From an uncultured Chlorobiota bacterium (GTDB lineage Bacteria; Bacteroidota; Ignavibacteria; UBA10030; UBA6906), in contig CAADGV010000043.1 of assembly GCA_900696645.1 (NCBI GenBank), forward strand, positions 66,848 through 130,847: a stretch of 64,000 bases of DNA, given 5' to 3'. The notes beneath the pieces were generated by a model. That model saw only the letters and a list, made by a program, of their open reading frames with translations. It was not told where the DNA came from and did not search any database. Shown piece by piece: positions 1 through 9,896 of this stretch (the stretch's first letter is position 1; each line of letters opens with the position of its first letter). A program made the position numbers and the translations under genes.

Positions 1-5
1 CTCAG

Positions 6-78
6 AGCGGGAGACGGGACTCGAACCCGCGACCAACAGCTTGGAAGGCTGTGACTCTACCAACTGAGTTACTCCCGC
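6..78 (-). tRNA. tRNA-Gly (TCC)
   Basis: Reverse complement GCGGGAGTAACTCAGTTGGTAGAGT...CAGCC-TTCCAA-GCTG...GTTCGAGTCCCGTCTCCCGCT forms a cloverleaf; anticodon TCC; CCA not encoded. Confidence 0.97.
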
Positions 79-84
79 GTGTTG

Positions 85-167
85 TGGGCAGGGAAGGATT
101 CGAACCTCCGAAGGCCAAGGCCGTCAGATTTACAGTCTGATGCGTTTAACCACTTCGCTACCTGCCC
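85..167 (-). tRNA. tRNA-Tyr (GTA)
   Basis: Reverse complement GGGCAGGTAGCGAAGTGGTTAAACGCATCAGACTGTAAATCTGA...GTTCGAATCC; long variable arm; anticodon GTA. Confidence 0.97.
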
Positions 168-237
168 GTTCTTCTTTCCCCATCCCAATTCACCGTGCAC
201 TGCCACTTCTCATATTCGAAACTCTGACACTCGTTTG

Positions 238-310
238 AGCTGGCGACCAGAGTCGAACTGGTGACCTGCTGATTACAAGTCAGCTGCTCTACCAACTGAG
301 CTACGCCAGC
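238..310 (-). tRNA. tRNA-Thr (TGT)
   Basis: Reverse complement GCTGGCGTAGCTCAGTTGGTAGAGCAGCTGACTTGTAATCAGC...GTTCGACTC; Thr-Tyr-Gly order matches the classic tRNA cluster upstream of tuf. Confidence 0.97.
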
Positions 311-427
311 ATGTCTTCAGAGTTGGTTTTCTTGCGGAAACCGGAAATGCCTTCTGCAAACCTCGCCGGTTCGCATGTGCTAAAATGGTTATAGCTCACC
401 AGTTTTGGGGTAAGAACTGAGCAGATA

Positions 428-455
428 AATATAACAAAAAGCGATAAACAGTCAA
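428..455 (-). promoter_or_regulatory. Putative sigma70 promoter of the tRNA operon
   Basis: Minus strand TTGACT-16 nt-TATATT in an AT-rich intergenic region. Confidence 0.5.
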
Positions 456-624
456 TTATAAAACCCCTTTTTAGCATAATATTTGCAAATGAAATTTTGT
501 TCATGCTGCCCAAGGAACAAGCCTTTTTGAAATATACAGTCTACACTTCTACCAAAGTTTCCCTATCTTGACGGGTAGTCTCTCACAACAACTCTTCATC
601 CATTGACATAACTCGTTCTGAGCC

Positions 625-1506
625 ATGAAGATACCATATATACGTTCAGCAATCATAGTCATCTCCGGTACCCTTCTCATTTCTTGCTCACGGAATGAGC
701 AAAAGCAAACCGACCTGGTTACTTTCCCACTGAAAGGTGAGATAGTCGAGATCGATACGACAAAAAGCAGGCTAATGGTCGCTCACGAGGAAATTCCCGA
801 CTACATGATGGCGATGACCATGCCGTTCAAAATCAAGAATCCAGACCTGTTTCATGACCTTGAAGTCGGTGATACAATTGCAGCAACACTTGCCGTTTCG
901 CGAACCGAAAGCTGGCTTGAAACTATTACGGTTGTCGGGAAAGGAGAACCGCCCGATCCCAAGCTGATTGAAGGTGCAATCCTTGCCCGAATACTCAAAA
1001 CGGGGGATCGACTGCCCGATTATGCTTTGCAGAATCAGGACAATAAGACGGTGAAGTTCAGTGATTTTTTGGGAAAGGCAGTTGCCGTCACATTCATTTA
1101 TTCACGTTGCCCCCTACCTGATTTCTGTATTCTCATGAGCAACCAGTTTGTGAAACTGCAGAAACTCCTCGCACGAGATCAATCCCTCAATGGCAAGTGG
1201 CATCTTATCACGATCTCCTTCGACCCGAAATTCGACTCCCCAAAGGTGATGAAGAGCTACGGAAAATCATATAATGCGGATTTCGCTACGTGGGATTTTC
1301 TGACCGACCCTGATACAACAGGCAAAAACATTATGAAGCTTGCTGACGGGCTTGGACTTTCGTACGAGAATGATGAGGGCGGATTGATTGCCCATAATCT
1401 CCGAACCGTCGTACTCGACAAAAACGGAAAGCTTGCCGCAAATTTCACCGGCAACGAATGGACGGTTGAGGAAGTGGCTGCCGCAATGAAGAAAGCGATG
1501 AGATGA
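625..1506 (+). CDS. Lipoprotein with CusF-like copper-binding domain fused to a SCO1/SenC domain
   Basis: Lipobox LISC; HEEIPDYMMAMTMPF (CusF-like); FIYSRCPLPDFC plus distal H (IAHNLRT); ISFDPKFDSP. Confidence 0.9.
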   Translation: MKIPYIRSAIIVISGTLLISCSRNEQKQTDLVTFPLKGEIVEIDTTKSRLMVAHEEIPDYMMAMTMPFKIKNPDLFHDLEVGDTIAATLAVSRTESWLETITVVGKGEPPDPKLIEGAILARILKTGDRLPDYALQNQDNKTVKFSDFLGKAVAVTFIYSRCPLPDFCILMSNQFVKLQKLLARDQSLNGKWHLITISFDPKFDSPKVMKSYGKSYNADFATWDFLTDPDTTGKNIMKLADGLGLSYENDEGGLIAHNLRTVVLDKNGKLAANFTGNEWTVEEVAAAMKKAMR

Positions 1507-1559
1507 TTGACACAGGCGGAACGTTACCAGGAACATTCCGCCTTGGGGTCGTTGGATTA

Positions 1560-3377
1560 CTATTCGATTACAAAGAGTTTGTAACCGTGGGAACTCAGAT
1601 GTAGCGGCAACTCTGCAACCTGCTTTGTTGAGAGCCGCTTTACATCTCCGCTGAATAATTCTTTCATCACTATGGCGGTTGATAATCCGAAGACTTCTTC
1701 CGTTGGAATTTTCAGTTGTACAGATTTTCCTTCCGAAGAGAAGTTCAACACAACAATAACTCTGTCCTTCCCGGAAACTCGAGCAAATGCATACACGGCA
1801 TCCTCCCCGGAGCCGGTGAGACGAACCATGTTCCCGCGTGACAAGGCGGTGTTGTTTTTCCTGAGATGAAACAGTTCGCGGTAGATGTCGCCAACTTCAC
1901 GAGATCTACTCCAATCAATATCAATTTTTTCAAACAGGCCCAACTTCTTATCGTTTGCAACTTCTTCGCCGTTGTAGATGAGCGGCACGCCGGGAATCGT
2001 GTTGATGAAAACGGTTGCCAGCTTGAGTCCCTCACTACCGAACAGTTCTACCGCCGGAGCATCCCACGCATTCTTGTCGTGATTCGTTGTGAAACGCATA
2101 CGCAATGACCCGACGGGAAATTGTAGCGACTCGTTTCTGAATAATTCATCCAAAACAGTAACCGGGCGTTTGCCGGAAAGAAGCGACTGCAAAACGTCAT
2201 AGGTATTCCATGCGTACGTTATGTCAAACGCCTTCATGTGATGCTCGGGAATAGTTCCTTCGCTTAACATCATCACCGGCTTGATCCTGTTCAACTCATC
2301 ACGAGCATCTTCCCAGAACTCCGTCGGGACAAGCTCAGCCACATCACAGCGGAATCCGTCAATGCCGACATCCTTCACCCACCACTTCATCATCCCGATC
2401 ATATACCGGCGCAACTCGGGTTGTGAATAATCGAGATCTGCAACATCCGTCCAATCATCGTTGGGCGGAATGATGTTACCATCACTATCCCGCGTATACC
2501 ATTCGGGATGTTGAGTGATGAGAGGATTGTCCCATGACGTATGATTCGCAACGAGATCGATAATCAGTTTCATTCCATGACGATGAACTGTTGCCAGCAG
2601 TTTCTTGAAGTCCTCCATCGTTCCGAATTCGCGATTGATGCCGTAGTAATCGCGTACAGCGTACGGCGACCCGAGAGTCCCTTTTCTATTCTTCTCTCCT
2701 ACCGGATGAATCGGCATCAGCCAAAGAACTGTTGCGCCCAACTTTTTCAACTCAGGAATTCTCTTTTCGAGCCCGGCAAAGTTGCCTTCTTTCGAGAACG
2801 ATCGGAGATACACTGAGTAGATGCACGCATCTTTCACCCAGTCAGCACTTTCCACTGCGGGCTTGCCGAAGTAGGGGCTCTTCAACAATTCATCAAGATT
2901 CTTAGTCTCAATCAGCGTAATCGGCTTGTAGATTCCGCCGCCACCTGCGTAATCCTTAACAAGAACAACAACAAGGTTCTCACCGACACGAAGTACCTTG
3001 CTTACATCAAATGCAAACGGATCGCTGTAGCCTGTGTGGTCGCCGACTTCAATCCCGTTGATCCACACAACTGCATCATCGTCAACGCCCGCAAAGTGTA
3101 GACTCATCGGCTCGTCGAGCCGGTGAACAACAACTGTTTTCGCAAACCATCCCCAGCCGTCGTATGTTGCAAGACCCGGATAGTCCTCCCAGAACCTCGG
3201 AGTTTCAACCTTCTGCCAGTTGCTTCGATCAATGGTGTGCTCGTACCATCTGCCATCGATTCCTGATTTCATGCTATCGACTTTGAAAAGCCACTCGCCA
3301 TCAAGTGACATTCGCTGCGACAATCCTGATGAAGCCATAACAAAAAGGATGGTAGTTAAGCACACAATTGATTTCAT
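1560..3377 (-). CDS. Secreted GH13 alpha-amylase-family glycosidase with N-terminal GH2-type sugar-binding domain
   Basis: Signal peptide; SLDGEWLF...YDGWGWF...LHFAGVDDDAVVWING...GDHTGYSDPF; GH13 motifs DLVANH, DGFRCDVA, NHD. Confidence 0.9.
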   Translation of the reverse strand: MKSIVCLTTILFVMASSGLSQRMSLDGEWLFKVDSMKSGIDGRWYEHTIDRSNWQKVETPRFWEDYPGLATYDGWGWFAKTVVVHRLDEPMSLHFAGVDDDAVVWINGIEVGDHTGYSDPFAFDVSKVLRVGENLVVVLVKDYAGGGGIYKPITLIETKNLDELLKSPYFGKPAVESADWVKDACIYSVYLRSFSKEGNFAGLEKRIPELKKLGATVLWLMPIHPVGEKNRKGTLGSPYAVRDYYGINREFGTMEDFKKLLATVHRHGMKLIIDLVANHTSWDNPLITQHPEWYTRDSDGNIIPPNDDWTDVADLDYSQPELRRYMIGMMKWWVKDVGIDGFRCDVAELVPTEFWEDARDELNRIKPVMMLSEGTIPEHHMKAFDITYAWNTYDVLQSLLSGKRPVTVLDELFRNESLQFPVGSLRMRFTTNHDKNAWDAPAVELFGSEGLKLATVFINTIPGVPLIYNGEEVANDKKLGLFEKIDIDWSRSREVGDIYRELFHLRKNNTALSRGNMVRLTGSGEDAVYAFARVSGKDRVIVVLNFSSEGKSVQLKIPTEEVFGLSTAIVMKELFSGDVKRLSTKQVAELPLHLSSHGYKLFVIE

Positions 3378-3411
3378 GATACTCTCTTTCAGTGATTACT
3401 CCATAAGAACT

Positions 3412-4614
3412 TCATACTTCAGGGCCGAAAAAGAACACAAGCACAATTCCGGCCGCAACAGTCCATTGAATTCGTTGTCTTACGTGCATCTCTCTTTTTC
3501 TGACTGAATTCCACCAGAGAGCAACAAGAATCATCATCCCGACAAGAATGGCAGTAGTCAACAACGCTTCAGGATACCCGAAGGTATGATTGACGATTGT
3601 CGAGAAACTAAAAGGGCCGAAGTTGCCGTAGATCAAGAAAAGATGCAGCGTGTACACAATCAACGATTCGCGACCCACGAGTGTAATGATTGATTTCGGG
3701 GAAACACGTACATTCTTCTCGTAGAAATACAACCCCGCACAAAATATCATCACAATCCCCAGCCTCAGAAAGAAGAAGCTCGGGCTCGAAAGTCCATAGT
3801 TATATGAAGGATAGATTTTTGCAGCGAACGGCTCGATGAGAATCGAAGCTGCAATCATCATCGGGGCAATCCACAACACACGCTTCATCATTACGTTCTC
3901 GTCATATTTCGATCCGGGATTCCCTGATTCGTCCTTCGCTTTCAGATAGAAGAAACCGAACGCTGCGCCAGCGAAGAGAAACGCCATCCACGGAAATAAC
4001 GGAAATCCGGGAAACTGCGGGAAGTGAATGCCGTTCATGTATCCGGCAAGAGGAAGAGGGAGAATCTCCCGAAAATCAATCCCCCAAATAAATGGAGTGA
4101 CAAACGGGATAAGCATCGCCAGCCCCGTTACTGCGACATACAAACGTCTCTCAGTCCTGAAAAGTAACAGCAATAACTGAATCAACAGTAGACTCACGCC
4201 GATACACTGCAACACATCAGCCTGAAAAAAGATTTGCCACGAAAGCTCGGTTGTTTCGGTGATGATTTGTCTGAAGTTGAATTTCGGGATATGCAGCAGG
4301 TATCCGATCATCACAACAAACAAGAGACGACGGATTTGCTTGTACAGAGCCGGTCCAAAGGAAAGATAGTCGCTCAACTTCCGGCGCGTCGTTACAGCGT
4401 AGGCAAGTCCCGAAGCAAAGAGGAACGAAGGGGCAACAAGGCCGTTGGCAAACTTGATCCATCGAAAGAAATCGCTTTCGAAAATCTCATTTGCTAACGT
4501 CGCATTCATGACGTGGGTTTCGATCATGACGAGTACTGCCCACCCGCGCAGCAGGTCAATGTACTCTACCCGGCGGGATTTTACGGAAGACGCTTGAAAT
4601 GAATGTTCACTCAT
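3412..4614 (-). CDS. DUF1624 / HGSNAT-like membrane acyltransferase
   Basis: R.EYIDLLRGWAVLVMIETH, APSFLFASG, DVLQCIG, FPLFPW; multi-TM. Confidence 0.85.
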   Translation of the reverse strand: MSEHSFQASSVKSRRVEYIDLLRGWAVLVMIETHVMNATLANEIFESDFFRWIKFANGLVAPSFLFASGLAYAVTTRRKLSDYLSFGPALYKQIRRLLFVVMIGYLLHIPKFNFRQIITETTELSWQIFFQADVLQCIGVSLLLIQLLLLLFRTERRLYVAVTGLAMLIPFVTPFIWGIDFREILPLPLAGYMNGIHFPQFPGFPLFPWMAFLFAGAAFGFFYLKAKDESGNPGSKYDENVMMKRVLWIAPMMIAASILIEPFAAKIYPSYNYGLSSPSFFFLRLGIVMIFCAGLYFYEKNVRVSPKSIITLVGRESLIVYTLHLFLIYGNFGPFSFSTIVNHTFGYPEALLTTAILVGMMILVALWWNSVRKREMHVRQRIQWTVAAGIVLVFFFGPEV

Positions 4615-4670
4615 GAGGACGAGAGATTAGCAACAATGCCCGGCAGTAGCGGTGAGATACCGGGTAAACG

Positions 4671-5813
4671 CTACCAGGGACGCGAAACAAAAATGTAGAG
4701 AAGCGAACTTACGAGTCCCACCTGAATGATGCGCGTTGGAATAAAATGCCGTGAGCGCAGATAGTTCCAGCCGAACACCACGGCAATCATCAGTCCGAGA
4801 ACGAAAACCCCTGTCGCGACGGCGTAATGCGCCTGTAACGTTTGCCCGATCAGCTGGTAGAGTCCCTTATTCATCGACGAACCGTACACAATCACGAGGT
4901 GAAGCGCGTACACCATAAGCGATGCCTGCCCGAGCCGTACAAGGCTTCGCTCGAGCGGTTCCGGCAACCGGCGGATATAATAGAACGCAAGCGTTATCAA
5001 CATCACGATACCAATCCGGATGACGAACAAGTTCGGACTGGTTTTCCAAAAATCGTATTCCGGATACAACGAGACGGGGGCACGGTCGAAGACAAACGCC
5101 AGCACGATGGCGCAAATGGCAAGAGCAAGAATGCGTTTAATGAAAACGGTTTCCTGTTCTGTACGTCGCGCTTCAAGAAAGTAGTATCCCACCACCACAC
5201 CGGAGAATAAATATGCAGCATAAGGAAACACAGGAAACATTGAAAGCTGCGTTTGGTTGAAATACGGCGACAAGGCCGGCGACACAAGCGGAGCGAAGTC
5301 AATGCTCCAAATAAACGGGGATGCCAACGCGATGCCCGCAGCAAGAACAGTCATAGTATGAGCAAAAGCGCGGAGCGACGGCGTCAACAATAAGACAATG
5401 TGCAAGATGAGAAGGCCGGCGGCAACGCAATGTAAAATGTCCACTTGGAACAGTTGTGCCAGATCCGACGATGAAGCATTCGTCAGAATCTTGGTGAGCG
5501 AGAAAAACGGAAAATGAAGCGCATATCCTATAACAAAGAGCAACGCCACCCGCGACAATCGCTTCAGGACAGGTTTGCCGAACGCACGATAGTCCTCCCA
5601 CCGCCTCGCAGTAGCAACCATGAATGCATATCCGGCTACGAACAGGAACATCGGAGCGGTGAACCCGCGAAACATGTCGTACCAGCGAAACGCTTCCGTT
5701 GCACGCGCTTCCGGCGACAAAACGGAATCGATGCTGTGCCCCATCACCATCACGACGACGGCGAAGCCCCGCATGATGTCCAGGAAATGAATCCTATTTA
5801 ATGATTTGTCCAT
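4671..5813 (-). CDS. DUF1624 / HGSNAT-like membrane acyltransferase (tandem paralog)
   Basis: RIHFLDIMRGFAVVVMVMGH, APMFLFVAG, VDILHC, FPVFPY; multi-TM. Confidence 0.85.
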   Translation of the reverse strand: MDKSLNRIHFLDIMRGFAVVVMVMGHSIDSVLSPEARATEAFRWYDMFRGFTAPMFLFVAGYAFMVATARRWEDYRAFGKPVLKRLSRVALLFVIGYALHFPFFSLTKILTNASSSDLAQLFQVDILHCVAAGLLILHIVLLLTPSLRAFAHTMTVLAAGIALASPFIWSIDFAPLVSPALSPYFNQTQLSMFPVFPYAAYLFSGVVVGYYFLEARRTEQETVFIKRILALAICAIVLAFVFDRAPVSLYPEYDFWKTSPNLFVIRIGIVMLITLAFYYIRRLPEPLERSLVRLGQASLMVYALHLVIVYGSSMNKGLYQLIGQTLQAHYAVATGVFVLGLMIAVVFGWNYLRSRHFIPTRIIQVGLVSSLLYIFVSRPW

Positions 5814-5871
5814 AAATGAAAAATCCCGTCGACATCACGGGCTTGTTGTTACAACATATTATGGCACATTT

Positions 5872-6261
5872 CTACTCTCCGATTTTTTCCTTGATGATTT
5901 GCTCCAACTCATCAAGATCCACCGGCTTGGTGATGTAAGCGGCACCGCCGATTTCCTTGCCGAATTTCCGAGCATAGTAATCATCAATTCCCGTAAGGAA
6001 GACAAACGGCAATGACTTGAAATCTGCCTGCTTGCGTACTTCCTGAAATAGCTCGAAGCCATTCGTTCCCGGCATCACCAAATCCGAAACGACAATGCTC
6101 GGGTTCAACGACTTGATTGCCGTCATCGCCTGCTCGGCTCCTTCAGCAGCCTCGACTTTGAAGCCGCGCTCTGTAAGTCCGGCCTTTGTAGCGACAAGCA
6201 TTCCCGGCTCGTCATCAACCAGGAGAACAAGTTTGTCTTTCAACATCGCATCGGGTCTCAT
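5872..6261 (-). CDS. Single-domain response regulator (CheY-like receiver)
   Basis: LLVDDE, SDLVMPGTNG, FLT, YITKP; start moved to ATG 6261 (or 6246) to remove overlap with hpnE. Confidence 0.9.
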   Translation of the reverse strand: MRPDAMLKDKLVLLVDDEPGMLVATKAGLTERGFKVEAAEGAEQAMTAIKSLNPSIVVSDLVMPGTNGFELFQEVRKQADFKSLPFVFLTGIDDYYARKFGKEIGGAAYITKPVDLDELEQIIKEKIGE

Positions 6262-6322
6262 CTGTGGGAATAAATTAAACCGATTCTGCAAAGAAATGCA
6301 ATGAATCGGACATGAAACTCTT

Positions 6323-7651
6323 TTAACTGTAGCGAGCCGCAGCAAGCGCGGCACACCGTTCGCCGCTCAAAATCGCCCCTTCAATCGTTGCAGGCAAGCC
6401 GGTGTTCGTCCAATCTCCCGCGAGAAGCAGATTCGCAATTTCAGTCTGATGGTCTGGGCGCCGCGGTTCTGTATCGGGCGTGCACGAAAAGGTTGCCCGC
6501 TTTTCGCGCACAACGACGGCGTGGAATGGCTTCATGGAAACCTTGTACACGCTCGTCACATCATCACACGCTACTCGAACCAGTTCATCATTCGACATGC
6601 TCACAAATTCCTCACCCGCACTGATCACACACGACACATGTCCGCCCGGGTTGTTTTCTTGGTTGATTCTTCTCTTGTTGAACGCCCACTGCACTCTTTT
6701 CCCGATCAATCCAATCATGTCATGAGACATGAAATCATTTCCGAACCACAAATGGATCGAAACAATCGGCGTGTTGGGCACCAATGAAAACAGCGTGCTT
6801 TTCAACGATGATGGAAGAAGTTCTGAAAGCCTATAATGAGGGATACACAGTATCACGACAGAACATTCAAGATCACTACCATTGCGAATCTTAACTCGGT
6901 TGACATGTTGATCGACTATGTTGAGATGCACAACATCCGTATTGATACGAACCTCGCCGCCTCGTTCGCAAAGATATTTTACGGCATCATCAACATACAA
7001 CTCGCTCAATCCGACACGCGGAATGGCCAGCGCGGCGTTTTTCCGATCAGAAAGAAATGCATGGCGCAGTGAATTAACAAACACATGTGCAGAGGCCTTT
7101 GAAATGTGTTCATTCATGATAGAGATGGCAAGCGGCTCCCAGAATGAACGCTTCGTTTCTTCCGTCTGAGCTGTTGCATTGAGCCAATCTTCAATCGTCA
7201 TTCCATCCAAAGATGATGCAGTTCGAAGAGAGATGCCTGCACGCAACAACTTCAGTTTATCACCCAAGGAAAAGAGATCCGTCGAGAGAATGGCTGCGGG
7301 TAAATGAAAAGGGGACGGCAGATCCGGAATCCGATATGAACAGAATCCGCGTTGGGGATGATGAAAATGAAGAAGGGGCTCCCTCTGAATCGTGAGAAGA
7401 TGTTTCGTCCCGATACGTTCCAGAAATTTCATCGTCCGCTCATACCCGGCAATCAACACATGCTGGCCGTTGTCGATGACATCACCTGTTGTCTCATCAA
7501 CGAATGAGTACGCCCTGCCGCCTAACTTCGGCTTCTGTTCAAGAACAATAACGGGGACATTTCTCGAGGCAAGTTCAACCGCGGCGGCAAGTCCGCTCAA
7601 TCCACCGCCAACAATAATGACGGGCTTCGAATTAGATGATGGAGAGTGCAT
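6323..7651 (-). CDS. hpnE: Hydroxysqualene dehydroxylase
   Basis: GGGLSGL FAD motif, GGRAYSF, IDNGQH, EKRATF, LAGDWT.TGLPATIEGA..SG; follows hpnC/hpnD. Confidence 0.93.
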   Translation of the reverse strand: MHSPSSNSKPVIIVGGGLSGLAAAVELASRNVPVIVLEQKPKLGGRAYSFVDETTGDVIDNGQHVLIAGYERTMKFLERIGTKHLLTIQREPLLHFHHPQRGFCSYRIPDLPSPFHLPAAILSTDLFSLGDKLKLLRAGISLRTASSLDGMTIEDWLNATAQTEETKRSFWEPLAISIMNEHISKASAHVFVNSLRHAFLSDRKNAALAIPRVGLSELYVDDAVKYLCERGGEVRINTDVVHLNIVDQHVNRVKIRNGSDLECSVVILCIPHYRLSELLPSSLKSTLFSLVPNTPIVSIHLWFGNDFMSHDMIGLIGKRVQWAFNKRRINQENNPGGHVSCVISAGEEFVSMSNDELVRVACDDVTSVYKVSMKPFHAVVVREKRATFSCTPDTEPRRPDHQTEIANLLLAGDWTNTGLPATIEGAILSGERCAALAAARYS

Positions 7652-8513
7652 GCCGCGGAAGGCGGGGTTCGTGCGCGTATTGCAGTTGGTGACTGAGCCA
7701 GTAGCGGAATGCTATCAGCAGTTTCAGAGGCTTGGAAATCGCAATGCGCCGCTCGAACACGTTGTAGTTCGAACGTTCGATTCTTCGGAGTGTGTGCGCA
7801 TAGATCGACCACATGATGCGTGCGGCAAAGAAGTAATGCTTATCCTCATCCTTCAACGCGTTGCGGGCAAGATCGAAATACTCACGGGCATGGTTGCATT
7901 CGAACCGCATCAGGTTGGCAAAGTTTTGCGTGTAGCGAGCATTCAGTATATCTTCTTCCGTCACGCCGAAGAGCTTCATATCTTCGAGAGGAAGATAAAT
8001 GCGGCCGCGCTTTGCATCATCCTTTACATCACGCAGAATGTTGGTGAGTTGCAAGGCAATACCAAGGTTGATCGCGTAGTCACGCGTCGATTCATTCCGG
8101 TATCCGAAAATCTGCCTGCACATCAAACCGACGGAGGATGCAACGAGGTAGCAATAGTCTTTCAACTCATTGAAATTATTGTAGCGATTCTTCGACAAAT
8201 CCATCTCCACGCCGCTAATCAACTCATAGAAATGGTCAACCGGAATGTTAAACCGCCGCGCCGTTGATGCAAGCTGATTCAGAAGCGGCAAACTCGACTC
8301 GCCGCGCAGCGTTCTGGCAAGCTCCATCCGCCACTTCCGCAGCATCACGACTTTCATCGTTTCGTCGGAGCCTTCATCAACGATATCATCGGTATAGCGA
8401 CAAAAAGCATACACGGCATGAATCGCTTCGCGCTTATGCGGCGGCAATACGGAGAACGAGTAGTAGAAGCTCGTATTGCTTTGCTTCGTTATGTCTTCGG
8501 CTATTGCACTCAT
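7632..8513 (-). CDS. hpnD: Presqualene diphosphate synthase
   Basis: TSFYYSF, YAFCRYTDDIVD, QLTNILRDV..D..RGRIYLP. Confidence 0.9.
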   Translation of the reverse strand: MSAIAEDITKQSNTSFYYSFSVLPPHKREAIHAVYAFCRYTDDIVDEGSDETMKVVMLRKWRMELARTLRGESSLPLLNQLASTARRFNIPVDHFYELISGVEMDLSKNRYNNFNELKDYCYLVASSVGLMCRQIFGYRNESTRDYAINLGIALQLTNILRDVKDDAKRGRIYLPLEDMKLFGVTEEDILNARYTQNFANLMRFECNHAREYFDLARNALKDEDKHYFFAARIMWSIYAHTLRRIERSNYNVFERRIAISKPLKLLIAFRYWLSHQLQYAHEPRLPRHALSII

Positions 8514-9373
8514 ACCGTTCGACGAAAGAATGATTTCATCAAGATCGACAACTTATCCAGCGTACCAATCGCGGGGCGGTTGCCAAATACATCGTAGTTC
8601 TGATTTTCAATCTTGTTCAGAATCGTGACACCGCCGTTCCATGTTAGTAGAAGTTCGAAGCGCAGTTTTCGTGTCGCTTCTGTCAGGAGAGGCCGGCCCG
8701 CATTGAATATCCCGCGTGTACGCTCGACCTCAAACTTCATCAGACTGATGAACCTCTCATCCCGACAGCGGGAGAAAAATTCTTCCTCAGTATAGCCAAA
8801 TCGATGCATATCTTCAAGCGGCACATAGATGCGTCCTTTGTGTAAATCAACGCTTATATCCTGCCAAAAGTTCGCAAGTTGAAGGGCCGTACAGATTGAG
8901 TCGGAAAGCAGCATGTTACGCTCAGACGCATCATCAAACAAATGCAACACAATGCGGCCGACCGGGTTCGCCGAATGCTTGCAGTAATATGACAGATCGT
9001 CAAACGTCGCATACCTGTTCGTCGTCACATCCATCTTGAATGCCGTCAGCAAATCAGTAAGCAACTGCTTGGGCATGTTCTTCCGACGCGTAACTTCAGC
9101 GAGCGCAATAAACACGGGATGCGAGGTTTTGCCCTCATAACACTTGTCCAGTTGCCGTTGCCAATCGTCGAGTTTGTCAAGACGTGCTTGTGCAGGAAGA
9201 GTTCCTTCGTCGGCAAAGTCATCGGCTATACGGGAAAAGGCATACACTGCGGCGATGTACGGCCGGAGATGTTTCGGGAGGAAAAATGATGCAACGGGGA
9301 AATTCTCGTAATGACTGCGGGCAATGTTCTCACAGTGTTGGAACGCGTCTTGAATGGAACTGTTGCGGTTCAT
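8510..9373 (-). CDS. hpnC: Hydroxysqualene synthase
   Basis: HYENFPVAS, ADDFADEG, SANPVGR, QLANFWQD. Confidence 0.93.
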   Translation of the reverse strand: MNRNSSIQDAFQHCENIARSHYENFPVASFFLPKHLRPYIAAVYAFSRIADDFADEGTLPAQARLDKLDDWQRQLDKCYEGKTSHPVFIALAEVTRRKNMPKQLLTDLLTAFKMDVTTNRYATFDDLSYYCKHSANPVGRIVLHLFDDASERNMLLSDSICTALQLANFWQDISVDLHKGRIYVPLEDMHRFGYTEEEFFSRCRDERFISLMKFEVERTRGIFNAGRPLLTEATRKLRFELLLTWNGGVTILNKIENQNYDVFGNRPAIGTLDKLSILMKSFFRRTV

Positions 9374-9400
9374 CAACTTGGTGTACGATACATGTTGTTC

Positions 9401-9489
9401 TCATTCCCGGCAGAGGCCATCGGAAAACCGTGAACCCGAGTTAGTGAAAAAGCAGAGTGCCGTTCCGGGTTGGACCCTCAGCCGATATG
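9401..9489 (-). other. Structured 89-bp element in the hpnC leader (candidate cis-RNA or MITE-like insertion)
   Basis: Nested stems CGGC.GAGG/CCTC.GCCG, AACCCG/CGGGTT and CGG-AAAA-CCG; flanked by ATGTTGTTC direct repeats. Confidence 0.45.
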
Positions 9490-9506
9490 ATGTTGTTCAT
9501 CAAAAG

Positions 9507-9535
9507 AATATATTTGTTCAGAAACCGAATAGCAA
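9507..9535 (-). promoter_or_regulatory. Putative sigma70 promoter for hpnCDE
   Basis: Minus strand TTGCTA-17 nt-TATATT. Confidence 0.5.
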
Positions 9536-9550
9536 CGAACACAGATCAGC

Positions 9551-9892
9551 ATGAACGTCATTCATACGATAGATGTCGCACATCCGCCGCTGCACCCCGA
9601 TGTTGTTGAACGTGAACTGAATACTGCGCTTTCGACGGTGAGAAATTCTTCCTCGCTGCGCGTTCTCAAGATCATTCATGGTCACGGCAGCACAGGCAAG
9701 GGGGGCTCGACCAAGGAGATTGTTCGGAATTGGGCGTTCCGTCAGCGTTCAAGGGTGAGAGGAATAATCAACGGCGAGAACTACGAAGTCTATGATGCCG
9801 ACGTTCAGGAAATGCGAAGTGAAGTGGGGCAGTACCCTGACATCGACCTGAACAGCGGGAATCCGGGCATTACCGTGGTATGGGTGAAGTGA
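9551..9892 (+). CDS. Stand-alone Smr/MutS2-family domain protein
   Basis: IDVAH, KIIHGHGSTGKGG, GNPGITVVWV. Confidence 0.85.
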   Translation: MNVIHTIDVAHPPLHPDVVERELNTALSTVRNSSSLRVLKIIHGHGSTGKGGSTKEIVRNWAFRQRSRVRGIINGENYEVYDADVQEMRSEVGQYPDIDLNSGNPGITVVWVK

Positions 9893-9896
9893 GGGG

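Noticed and set aside
79..264. 61-aa ORF on + strand
   Set aside because: Antisense to tRNA-Tyr and tRNA-Thr
9408..9484. TPP or SAM riboswitch (GCTGAG...ACCC.GAAC resemblance)
   Set aside because: Lacks the CTGAT..TAAT..CGNAGG (TPP) and ATC..GAG/GCAACC (SAM-I) cores
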